Source of the DNA: Rhodothermales bacterium
GTDB taxonomy: Bacteria > Bacteroidota > Rhodothermia > Rhodothermales > UBA10348
Length of the DNA: 64,000 bases
Assembly: GCA_965247125.1 (NCBI GenBank)
Contig: CBDFGO010000002.1
Location: 1,062,379-1,126,378, forward strand
Direction of reading: 5' to 3'
The position numbers and the translations under genes were made by a program. A model generated the notes under the pieces. That model searched no databases. It was not told where the DNA came from and saw nothing but the letters and a program-made list of their open reading frames with translations. Shown here one piece after another: positions 8,565-16,978 of the stretch. Every line of letters starts with the position of its first letter. Within the stretch, counting starts at the first letter, position 1.

Positions 8565-11500
8565 TCATTCTGATAGGAATAGTGGAAATAGATCAAATAG
8601 AGGAAAGAGCTTATCCATCTCGAAATGATGCGCGGAGAGCCGAACTGATTTTCCCCACGAAACGAGAGGACCGAACTCATATTTGGCGCCGAGGGCCTCC
8701 ATCTCTGACGCAAAATTCTCAATTTCATTCACCGTCTGGCGGAAGGCCAGATCCTTCCACCGCTCCCGTTCAGAATCCAATAGCGCCAGGAGTTCCGAAT
8801 TTTCGGTTCGTCGAGGCCTTCCGGGCCTGGTGTCCGCGTCCAGTTCTTGCGAGGTGGTGACGGCGACAATTTCGTTGGGGAGATGCGCGACCAGCGCTTC
8901 GACGAGCTTGTTCTGAGTAAGTGGCTTGGCGATAAATGCATCGGTCATCTGTCTGAATTGTTCGGCTTCCTTTCCTAAAACCGACGCCGAAAATCCAACC
9001 ACGGGGAAAGGAGGGCGCTTGCCGGGAGATATCAACTCCTGGACGACGGCGATCCCGTTCATACCGGGCATGTGAAGATCGAGAAGCAGCAAATCAATTT
9101 TCTCCCTTTCAATAATCGCCATGGCCTCTTCTCCACTTGACGCACCAATGAACCGAAGCCCGACCATATCGAGCATCTCTTGGAGTAGCTCGTGACTTTC
9201 TTCCGCATCGTCTGCGAGGAGCACGGAGGAACCGAAAAACCGAATATTCTCGGCCGTGATGGATTCACCGGACCGATCCAACTCTGCCGACTGATATGAA
9301 ACGTGGGGGATAGTAGCCTTGAAGAGGGATCCTTTGTCGACTTCTGACTCAAGGGAGATCGATCCACCCATCAGTTCGATGAGCTTCGTGGTGATCGCCA
9401 GGCCAAGTCCAGTTCCTCCATATTCTGAATGCGACGGACTCTGTGCCTGATCGAACGCTCCGAATATGTGCGCCTGGTCTTCTGCTGATATGCCGATTCC
9501 GGAGTCTTCGACACTGAATGAAAGTGTTACGTGGCCATCGTCATCTCCCTCGAGCCGGTCGGCACGAACGTCCAGGATGACGCCCCCCTCTGAGGTAAAC
9601 TTGATGGCGTTTCCTACGAGATTAATGAGTATCTGGCGCACTCTGGCTTCATCGAGAAGGACCCGCTCAGGAATGGATTCATGTGCGAGAGAAGTGAAGA
9701 CAATTCCTTTCTTGTTTGCTCGCTCGGCGAAGATGAGTGGCATTTCGTTCACGAGCCGCCGAAGATCCAGGGTGCCCGCGACAATATCCAGTTTGCCGGC
9801 CTCCACTTTAGAAAGGTCGAGAATGTCATCGATCAGGGTGAGAAGCGACCGGCTCGATGTCTGGATGTGCTGGATGTATTTGAGGAAGCCCTTATCCTTT
9901 ATTTTTCTCGACAACAGATCGGTATAACCGATGATGGCGTTCATCGGAGTCCGAATTTCATGACTCATGTTTGCAAGAAAGCGGCTTTTTGCGCTCGTCG
10001 CGTCGTCAGCTTCCCTTGCAAAACTAGAGGCTCTCTCGCTGCTTTCTTCAAGCGCTTCATTGGAACGTGTCAAGAGGCGCCGCTGTCGCTCAACTTCTCG
10101 TCGCTGAATTTCCAGCTCACGATTCTGGGTAGCCATCTGCGTTGACTGTTCCTCGATTCGGGCCTTGCTCTTTCGAAGTTCTTCGTGACGTATTTCCAGC
10201 TGACGCTGCTGGAGTGTCATCTCCCGGTTCGTTGTTTCCAACTGTTGGTTGTGTGCCGCTAACAGGCGGCGTTGCTCTTCTACTTCGCCAGTCTGAGCTT
10301 TCAGACTTGCCCCCAGTCGCATGTTACTCTCCTCGAGCTGTCGGTTGTGAAACCGTGCTAAACTTTTTCCGGCGAAGAACACCGACACAACAAAAAGGAT
10401 AATGTAGATGCTGAAGGCCAGCAGCGATCGGAACCAGGGTGGACGAATAGTGACCACCGCCCTGGCGGTCGGTCCAATACGCCCGGTACCCGAAAGGGCG
10501 CGAACCTCAAAGGCGTAGGAGTTTTCGATCAGTCCTGAAAATCGAGCTGTACGGTCGAGGCTCCAGTCTGACCACTCATTTGTAAGACCCACCATTCTGA
10601 ACTGATACTCCACTTCGGAATAGGCATCGAAAAACGGTGAGGAGAAAGAAAAAAGAAGGTCGTTCTCGGAAAATGCCAGATCAAGATCAGGGGGGCGAAG
10701 GCCGCTCGGACCCATACCGCCAAACGGAGTCATCGAGGCGGATTCAATGGATCGGACATACGTGAGGGGTGATCGTGGCGGTCGCCGTTCTGCCTGATCC
10801 CCGAACCGAAAGAGTCCCTGATCGGTTGCAAACCAACATCCGGGACCCGGCCCAGACGGATCACAGATCATCTGATGGATATGTGCGCCGGAGAGCTGAT
10901 GCAGCCCTTCGATGACGTCGATCCGCCTTCCCAAGGCCTCTTCAGGAGGAATAACGCCGGCGAAATCGCGGGTAACGATCCAGATGGCACCATTTAGTGA
11001 CTGATGCAGATATCTGATATCGGTAAGCACTGACTCACCAGACAACCCAAGGCCGTTTCCTGGTGCAAATCTGGCGGACTCATTGTCGTAGGAGTAAAGT
11101 CCTGAGCGGGCGTAGGCGATGACGCGCTCCCCATCCGCGAGCGGCGATGAGCGTCCGACGGGCAATCCATGCCGCTCATCAAACAGTTGAATGGTTGTCT
11201 CCACCGAATCAGAAACGGCCCATTCGATTCGTGCGAGTCCTCCCGGTGACACACCGGCCCACAGTACACAACTGGATTCTTCAGAGAGAGCATGCACATG
11301 AACACGGCTATCCTCCAGCCGCCCCGTGATTTCCCATCGAGACAACACTGGATTGTAAGCGAGCCGCGTCAGGCTGCCGGCGTGTCCCAGATAGACCAGA
11401 CCTCGATCAGCATTGGAAGACAATACAGCCTGAATGGGCTGTTCCGCGTCAATTCGGTAGCTCAAGAACGAATTGTTTTGAGGGAGAACGACCACTTCGG

Positions 11501-12704
11501 GACCACTGACGAAGAGTAGATCGCCGCGCAGTGAAAGAAGGGAGGCTACGGGAATATCGTGATTGGCAACGGGCTCGAATCGCGCCGGAATGCGGTCTTC
11601 GCTGGCGCCCACCGTGAACAATCCGCTGTCGGTCCCGACGAACAATTGCTCGCCGCTGTAAACAACGGCCCGTGCAGGGCCAAAAATCCCAGCTGAAACG
11701 GGAGGCCTGGAGACCGTGCTTCCGAGGTCCACGCGGGCAATACCGTCCTCGGTTGCGAGCCAGAGCCTCCCTCGATCATCTTCAGCGATTCCGTTAATTG
11801 CGCCGAGCGGGAGGCCGTCACGGAAGTCCAGAAATCTGGTTTGATAGGTGGAGGTGTTCACCAGAGCCAGGCCGCCGCGATCGAGCCCCAGGGCCAGTGT
11901 GCCGCTTGAAAGCAGCGCAGAGGATACAATAGTTCTTCCCTGAAGCGCGGAGCGGGCCTCAGTATCCCACCTGGAAAGAGACCCTCTTGAGTAGGAATAA
12001 AATTCGCCGCTTGCAGAAACGAGAAGAGAGGTAGAATCCGATAGTGGCGAGGCGTGAATCAGCTCGTCTCTGGCGAACACCGCTCCCGCTTCCACGGCCG
12101 CAAACCCCCTGGCTTCGTAGCGGGTCAGACCCCTTCCCCAGAGACTGACAAAGAGGGTGTCCTGGTTGGTGAAGGCAGATTGTATGGGTGCGTTGGGCGT
12201 GAGAGCCCGGATGGAATCGCGTGTTTTAAGAAAAATGCGCCCAGGAGTGACGAAGAACACGGCGGATCGGACGGAGATGATCTGTTCGACACCATCAAAA
12301 CTTCCAGTTTCTTCTGTTGATGAGGCAAAAAGAGATTGAAAAGACGGGCGGAAGAGTGAGTCTGAGGCCAGTACGCCGATATCGCCGGTGGCGCCGATCA
12401 GGATAGTGCCGTCATCTGAGAGCGCTAGCCGAGTCGGAGTGCGCCCGCGTGGCAACGAGATGAATTTCCAGACACTGCCATCGTATTCGAGCAGTCCATC
12501 CTGGTTCGCGACATACAACAACCCTTCATCGGAGAGGGTCAGGTCGAGATTATTCGGATTGTGCCCGTACTCGAATGGTCTATATCGATGGACGACGGGG
12601 TAGCCCTGGGCTGATTGTGCGTGGACAGGCCCGCTCGGCCAGCCGCCGATCATCACAAAAAGGCAGGCGATAATCGTTATGTGGAGGCTCCTGGCCGTCG
12701 TCAA
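8565..12704 (-). CDS. Hybrid sensor histidine kinase with a large periplasmic propeller/Y_Y_Y-type sensor region, TM helix, long coiled coil, HisKA, HATPase_c and REC
   Basis: 1379 aa with signal peptide MTTARSLHITIIACLFVMIGGWPSGPVHAQ. About 750 aa of beta-propeller-like repeats end in a Y_Y_Y-like segment (YAFEVRAL). TM helix LLAFSIYIILFVVSVFFAG, then a Q/E/R-rich coiled coil. H-box MSHEIRTPMNAIIGY, then NLVGNAIKFT, GGTGLGLAI, and REC LLLDLHMPGMNG. Confidence 0.85.
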   Translation of the reverse strand: MTTARSLHITIIACLFVMIGGWPSGPVHAQSAQGYPVVHRYRPFEYGHNPNNLDLTLSDEGLLYVANQDGLLEYDGSVWKFISLPRGRTPTRLALSDDGTILIGATGDIGVLASDSLFRPSFQSLFASSTEETGSFDGVEQIISVRSAVFFVTPGRIFLKTRDSIRALTPNAPIQSAFTNQDTLFVSLWGRGLTRYEARGFAAVEAGAVFARDELIHASPLSDSTSLLVSASGEFYSYSRGSLSRWDTEARSALQGRTIVSSALLSSGTLALGLDRGGLALVNTSTYQTRFLDFRDGLPLGAINGIAEDDRGRLWLATEDGIARVDLGSTVSRPPVSAGIFGPARAVVYSGEQLFVGTDSGLFTVGASEDRIPARFEPVANHDIPVASLLSLRGDLLFVSGPEVVVLPQNNSFLSYRIDAEQPIQAVLSSNADRGLVYLGHAGSLTRLAYNPVLSRWEITGRLEDSRVHVHALSEESSCVLWAGVSPGGLARIEWAVSDSVETTIQLFDERHGLPVGRSSPLADGERVIAYARSGLYSYDNESARFAPGNGLGLSGESVLTDIRYLHQSLNGAIWIVTRDFAGVIPPEEALGRRIDVIEGLHQLSGAHIHQMICDPSGPGPGCWFATDQGLFRFGDQAERRPPRSPLTYVRSIESASMTPFGGMGPSGLRPPDLDLAFSENDLLFSFSSPFFDAYSEVEYQFRMVGLTNEWSDWSLDRTARFSGLIENSYAFEVRALSGTGRIGPTARAVVTIRPPWFRSLLAFSIYIILFVVSVFFAGKSLARFHNRQLEESNMRLGASLKAQTGEVEEQRRLLAAHNQQLETTNREMTLQQRQLEIRHEELRKSKARIEEQSTQMATQNRELEIQRREVERQRRLLTRSNEALEESSERASSFAREADDATSAKSRFLANMSHEIRTPMNAIIGYTDLLSRKIKDKGFLKYIQHIQTSSRSLLTLIDDILDLSKVEAGKLDIVAGTLDLRRLVNEMPLIFAERANKKGIVFTSLAHESIPERVLLDEARVRQILINLVGNAIKFTSEGGVILDVRADRLEGDDDGHVTLSFSVEDSGIGISAEDQAHIFGAFDQAQSPSHSEYGGTGLGLAITTKLIELMGGSISLESEVDKGSLFKATIPHVSYQSAELDRSGESITAENIRFFGSSVLLADDAEESHELLQEMLDMVGLRFIGASSGEEAMAIIEREKIDLLLLDLHMPGMNGIAVVQELISPGKRPPFPVVGFSASVLGKEAEQFRQMTDAFIAKPLTQNKLVEALVAHLPNEIVAVTTSQELDADTRPGRPRRTENSELLALLDSERERWKDLAFRQTVNEIENFASEMEALGAKYEFGPLVSWGKSVRLSAHHFEMDKLFPLFDLFPLFLSE

Positions 12705-12768
12705 GATGTTGTCTGCCGAGTGTCTGGGTACCAGGGGATATTATACGGAGAAATCATTCCTGCTCCGG

Positions 12769-12793
12769 GTAGAAAACTGGGTGTAGAAAACTG
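12769..12793. promoter_or_regulatory. Direct repeat GTAGAAAACTG x2 (14-bp period) in the divergent kinase / NtrC-like promoter region
   Basis: Perfect 11-mers at 12769-12779 and 12783-12793. They lie between start codons 12704 (minus) and 12875 (plus). Confidence 0.25.
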
Positions 12794-12874
12794 CGTCTCG
12801 CCGGCGGCCCGCCCTTACCCTCATCGGGTGCGGACGCTATATTCTCCATAGGAATCAATCAACATTGTGCCTTC

Positions 12875-14245
12875 ATGCCACGCCTTTTGATCGTCGATGA
12901 CGAGCCTGGAATCAGGCGGACCCTCAAAGACCTGATGAGTATGCAGGGATATGAGGTGGAAGACGCTGAAAATGGGGCAGTGGCCCTCGAGAAACTCGAG
13001 TCTGGCCATTTTGATCTGGTCCTGTCTGACATTCAGATGCCCAAAACGGATGGAATGGAACTGCTGAAGGCTTCGAAGGCATCCAATCCAGACCTTCCGT
13101 TCATCATGTTGACTGCACACGCGAGCATCGAACGTGCGGTCGAGGCGATAAAGATCGGTGCGTACGATTTCGTCCCCAAACCTCCCAATCTGCAGCATTT
13201 ACTGGTGACGGTCAGCAACGCACTCGCCACAAAGAAGCTCAAGAAGGAGCACACGCGCATGAAGGCGCGGCTAGAAAAGATCGATGGAGATATCGAGCCA
13301 CTTCTGGGCGAGAGTTCGGCGATGGCGCGAATAAACAAGATGCTGGCAAAAGCCGCGCCGAGCCAGGCTCGCATCCTGGTAACGGGAGAAGCGGGATCAG
13401 GAAAGGAGCTCATTGCCCAATGGGTTCACCAACTGTCAAACCGGAAGGATGGGCCGTTCGTCGCTGTGAATTGCGCTGCAATCCCGTCCGAGTTGATCGA
13501 GAGCGAGCTGTTTGGCCACGAAAAAGGCGCGTTTACCGGAGCGCACAAACAGCACATTGGTTGCTTTGAACAGGCCGACAGCGGGACTCTTTTCCTGGAC
13601 GAAGTGGGCGACATGAGCACTTCGGCGCAGGCGAAAGTCCTTCGCGTCCTCCAGGAAAACCGGGTTCGTCGAGTTGGTGCAGACCGAGATGTAGAGATCG
13701 ATGTTCGCGTCATGTGTGCGACCAACAAAGATCTAGAGGCGGCCATCCTGAATGGGGAGTTCCGAGATGACCTGTTCCACAGACTGGCAGTAATAGAAAT
13801 AAAGTCTCCTTCCCTGAGAGAACGACCGGAAAATATTCCGACTCTCGCCAATTATTTCTGCGAAAAGCTGAGTCGGCGCAACGCGGTCCCCGACAAGCAT
13901 TTTTCGAAGAGTGCGCTGAAGCTGCTGAGCACCTATCCCTGGCGGGGAAATGTCCGCGAACTACGCAATGCAGTAGAACGATTGATTGTGCTTAGTGAAG
14001 AGAACGAAATTTCCGAAATGGATGTGGATTTGTTTACCAATCCAGGCTCCGCACCCCAGGACTCGATAAGCTATCTGGTCGATCAGCACCCCATGATCAG
14101 CTCATTCAGAGATGCAGCTGAAGAGGCCTTTCTGCGCAAAAAGCTGGTGGAGTTCGATGGAAATATCAGCAAGATGAGCGAATCCATTGAGTTGCAGCGA
14201 TCCAATATCTACGCGAAACTCAAAAAATTCGGGATCAAGGACTGA
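12875..14245 (+). CDS. Sigma-54-dependent response regulator (NtrC family: REC, AAA+ sigma-54 interaction domain, Fis-type HTH)
   Basis: REC domain MPRLLIVDDEPG...DLVLSDIQMPKTDG. Walker A GEAGSGKE, sigma-54 contact loop GAFTGA (EKGAFTGA), RELRN motif, and C-terminal HTH NISKMSESIELQRSNIYAKLKKFGI. Confidence 0.9.
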   Translation: MPRLLIVDDEPGIRRTLKDLMSMQGYEVEDAENGAVALEKLESGHFDLVLSDIQMPKTDGMELLKASKASNPDLPFIMLTAHASIERAVEAIKIGAYDFVPKPPNLQHLLVTVSNALATKKLKKEHTRMKARLEKIDGDIEPLLGESSAMARINKMLAKAAPSQARILVTGEAGSGKELIAQWVHQLSNRKDGPFVAVNCAAIPSELIESELFGHEKGAFTGAHKQHIGCFEQADSGTLFLDEVGDMSTSAQAKVLRVLQENRVRRVGADRDVEIDVRVMCATNKDLEAAILNGEFRDDLFHRLAVIEIKSPSLRERPENIPTLANYFCEKLSRRNAVPDKHFSKSALKLLSTYPWRGNVRELRNAVERLIVLSEENEISEMDVDLFTNPGSAPQDSISYLVDQHPMISSFRDAAEEAFLRKKLVEFDGNISKMSESIELQRSNIYAKLKKFGIKD

Positions 14246-14363
14246 TCGAACGCCGAGCTTGAGAAGTGCGGGTATCGGGAGGATTGAGAGGTCCCGGTTA
14301 CTGTGCTGGTAATGTCAGAATAAAACGACTTCCTTCGCGGAAGGCGGCATCGACGCAAATAGA

Positions 14364-15260
14364 TCACCCCAATATCTCAGCGGCCATCTTGCAGAATGCC
14401 AGGCCGAGCCCGACACCAGCCCTCACCCCGGTTTCTCTCGATTCCACCTGATAAAACGTGTCAAAAATACGCTCGTGCAGAGCGGTCGGAATACCTTCGC
14501 CATTGTCTTCTACTACGAAGATGATGGAGTCACTCGTCGCGGATACGTCAAGGAGAACACGATCGGCAGAATGAGCATATTTGAATGCGTTTGACAGCAG
14601 ATTCGCAAGCATTCTTTCCAACAGAGAGAGATCCACCCGTATCGATTGAGCGGCTTCTGCCACCGCACTTGTCATCTCAAAACCGTTCTCGGCGGCTGTT
14701 TCCTGATACTGCGCAGACAGCGTAGCGACAAGCGAGGGGATATCGACAAGTTCCGGCTTCTGGGTCATCTCACCAGACTCCATTCGGGATAGGTCCAGTA
14801 TGCTTCGAATCATTGATTCCATCGAGGCCGCGGCTGCGCTGATATGCTTCAGTCGGTCGCGAAGGGCTTCCTCATCGCCTTCTGAATGTGCACCCATCTG
14901 AAGCATCTGCGTGTTCGTCATCACGACGGAGAGCGGATTTCCCAGATCATGAACAATCATGTGTGTCAGGGCATCACGGCTGGATTCTGCCTTTTTCAGA
15001 TCCTCGTAATTCATCTCGATCGTTTTGAGAAGCTCTCGCTCTCGATCCCGAAGGGCGTTTTTCTCAAGACTGGAGCTAAGCCTGGCTTGAAGAATGGTTT
15101 GGTTGAAGGGCTTCGCCAGATAATCAGTTGCTCCTAGCTCAATCGATCGAACAACACTCTCCATATCATCCCTGCCCGATATCATGATGATGGGAATGTG
15201 ACGGAGTTCATCGTCATCGGAAAGGCGCTCGAGCATATCGAGGCCCGTCATCACCGGCAT
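14364..15260 (-). CDS. Receiver-first histidine kinase (REC-HisKA-HATPase_c). The listed ORF starts inside the REC domain; the coding frame really extends to ~15440.
   Basis: H-box MIVHDLGNPLS, N-box NLLSNAFKYA, DNGEGI, GVGLGLAFC. Upstream of the Met at 15260 the same frame encodes KHYILVVDDNDLNRELL...AILLDID, the missing first half of REC. That stretch has no ATG, GTG or TTG. Confidence 0.8.
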   Translation of the reverse strand: MPVMTGLDMLERLSDDDELRHIPIIMISGRDDMESVVRSIELGATDYLAKPFNQTILQARLSSSLEKNALRDRERELLKTIEMNYEDLKKAESSRDALTHMIVHDLGNPLSVVMTNTQMLQMGAHSEGDEEALRDRLKHISAAAASMESMIRSILDLSRMESGEMTQKPELVDIPSLVATLSAQYQETAAENGFEMTSAVAEAAQSIRVDLSLLERMLANLLSNAFKYAHSADRVLLDVSATSDSIIFVVEDNGEGIPTALHERIFDTFYQVESRETGVRAGVGLGLAFCKMAAEILG

Positions 15261-15493
15261 ATCGATATCGAGGAGAATCGCGTCCCGTCTTCTTGTCTGA
15301 GCGCTTTCGAGCCCAGCCCGCCCATCGCGCTCAGAGGAAACTTCGTGGCCCAGAATGTCCAGAAATTCGACCAGCAGCTCCCGATTCAGGTCGTTGTCAT
15401 CAACGACAAGGATGTAGTGTTTTGATGCCGCAGTTTCGATGGTTGTTCGGGATAGGTGGAAGATCCTCGGTGTGCCGACATAATAGCAAAATC

Positions 15494-15511
15494 ATCTTCA
15501 GGTCTGAAGAT
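15494..15511. promoter_or_regulatory. Perfect 8-bp inverted repeat ATCTTCAG-GT-CTGAAGAT (candidate activator or operator site)
   Basis: Read directly at 15494-15511. It lies ~170 bp upstream of the sigma-54-like promoter at 15678 and immediately upstream of the kinase reading frame. Confidence 0.25.
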
Positions 15512-15677
15512 CGGCACGTCGCGCGAAAGGGTCGGCTCTGTTCTGGTACCGAAACAGCCCGGATGATTGAACGGGGGTTGTAGCCGCGAACCAAGATCGA
15601 GCGAAAAGCCGCCAGCTGGCTTCAGTGCAGCGACTTCTCGCTTGATAAGCCATGTTGAAACGGACAGAAACATTGGC

Positions 15678-15693
15678 TGGCACGGCAATTGAC
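15678..15693 (+). promoter_or_regulatory. Sigma-54-type (-24/-12) promoter candidate, TGGCACGGCAATTGAC
   Basis: TGGCAC-N5-TTGA at correct spacing against the consensus TGGCAC-N5-TTGC, with one mismatch in the -12 GC. It sits 46 nt upstream of ATG 15739, and an NtrC-type activator is encoded nearby. Confidence 0.4.
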
Positions 15694-15738
15694 ACCTATG
15701 GATGGCGTGAAGAATATCAGCAATGAAGAGGCAGCGAC

Positions 15739-15954
15739 ATGCATCCTATCCTAAAAAGACTAACCATCGCCGATTGGGCTGAGCCCGACGAGCGGTTCAA
15801 TTTTGTCACCGATCTCAGGGACCTGGGCCTCCGGGACGCTTACCGGGCTTTTGAAATCCATAGGGCAAGCGCGTGCGCGGTCTATCAGTTGGCAGGGCCG
15901 GTGTTTGAGACCAATAAAATGAACAAACGAGAGCAAGCCGCCTGGATTCTATAG
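15739..15954 (+). CDS. Hypothetical small protein (71 aa)
   Basis: An ATG preceded by the SD-like GAAGAGG (15725-15731). The ORF is bracketed by a sigma-54-like promoter and a strong intrinsic terminator. I recognise no family. Confidence 0.5.
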   Translation: MHPILKRLTIADWAEPDERFNFVTDLRDLGLRDAYRAFEIHRASACAVYQLAGPVFETNKMNKREQAAWIL

Positions 15955-16015
15955 GTACAGTGTTCTGCTGCCGAGTGCGAAGTGTTTCGTTGGCGCAACA
16001 ATCGGAAGGATTTTG

Positions 16016-16050
16016 GAGGCCGACCCCAAGGGGTCGGCCTCTTTCATTTT
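16016..16050 (+). terminator. Rho-independent terminator
   Basis: 12-bp GC-rich perfect stem GAGGCCGACCCC / GGGGTCGGCCTC (16016-16041) followed by TTTCATTTT. Confidence 0.8.
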
Positions 16051-16128
16051 GGCCAAAAAGCCCAATTATGACCCCATATCGCTGATCTAGGTCGGTAATG
16101 TCGAACACCCGCCCAAACCGGTTCGAGC

Positions 16129-16144
16129 TGGCATCAAGATTGAT
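16129..16144 (+). promoter_or_regulatory. Second sigma-54-type promoter candidate, TGGCATCAAGATTGAT
   Basis: TGGCAT-N5-TTGA at the same spacing and with the same -12 variant as the site at 15678. It sits 63 nt upstream of the sigma-factor start at 16207. Confidence 0.35.
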
Positions 16145-16206
16145 ATCGAAGGGGTGAAGCCTGGGGACACTACGCCCGAGGACGCTCTAACCAGATACTC
16201 ACCTTC

Positions 16207-16974
16207 ATGTCCGATCAACGAAACAGCGACAACTGCGCACGTGCCTACAAAAAGAACCCGACTCAACAGAACAGGGACCGGGTGGTCTTCGCGACTGAAC
16301 CGGTCATCAGGTCAATCATTTCGCGCGTTACCCGCCCTGCCGACGATCTTGCTCGGCCGCATGAACTATTCAACGTGGGTGTGATCGCGGTCCTGCAGGC
16401 GCTCGATCTTTTCGAGCCTGGGGGTGGCGCCCGTTTTGTGACGTTCGCGTTCCCACGAATTCGGGGCGAGATCATCGATTTCCTCCGCCGTCTCGATCCC
16501 TTACCCCGGCGACGCAGGGCAAAAGTGGCGCGAGCATGGAAAACACAGGATCGGCTTGCTCAAGTTCGCGGACGCGAACCGGACGAGTTTCAGGTTGCCG
16601 AAGCACTGAATGTAGAAATCGGGGAATACCGCATGACACGCGTTGATACGTTTCGTCGCCATCAAGCGTACCTGTTCGCTCAATTCAACGACGATGAACG
16701 AACGAGCCTGATCGATATTCTCGCAGACACCGACGCAAGAGAGAGATTCGACACGAGGGAATGGGAAGACGTCAGAGAACACCTTTCCGATCTTTCGAAG
16801 GAATTGACAGACCGAGACCGAACCATCCTGGACCTTTGCTTCGGCGAGGATCTGACGCTTAGAGAAATCGGTCTCTTTGTCGGACTGTCTGAGGCTCGGG
16901 TTTCACAACTCAGGATGAGTGCACTGAAAAAACTGTCAGTCCGAGTGGATCAAGGTTTGCGACGTGTCGCTTGA
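16207..16974 (+). CDS. Sigma-70-family alternative sigma factor, group 3 (FliA/WhiG/SigB-like)
   Basis: 255 aa. Region 2 reads LFNVGVIAVLQALDLFEPGGGARFVTFAFPRIRGEIIDFLR. Region 3 is present. Region 4 HTH reads LTLREIGLFVGLSEARVSQLRMSALKKL. Confidence 0.75.
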   Translation: MSDQRNSDNCARAYKKNPTQQNRDRVVFATEPVIRSIISRVTRPADDLARPHELFNVGVIAVLQALDLFEPGGGARFVTFAFPRIRGEIIDFLRRLDPLPRRRRAKVARAWKTQDRLAQVRGREPDEFQVAEALNVEIGEYRMTRVDTFRRHQAYLFAQFNDDERTSLIDILADTDARERFDTREWEDVREHLSDLSKELTDRDRTILDLCFGEDLTLREIGLFVGLSEARVSQLRMSALKKLSVRVDQGLRRVA

Positions 16975-16978
16975 GGAC

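Noticed and set aside
16207-16974. Calling the sigma factor fliA and the island a flagellar regulon
   Set aside because: No flagellar, chemotaxis or motor genes are present in the 64 kb. Group-3 sigma factors cannot be sub-classified by eye. The gene symbol is therefore left blank.
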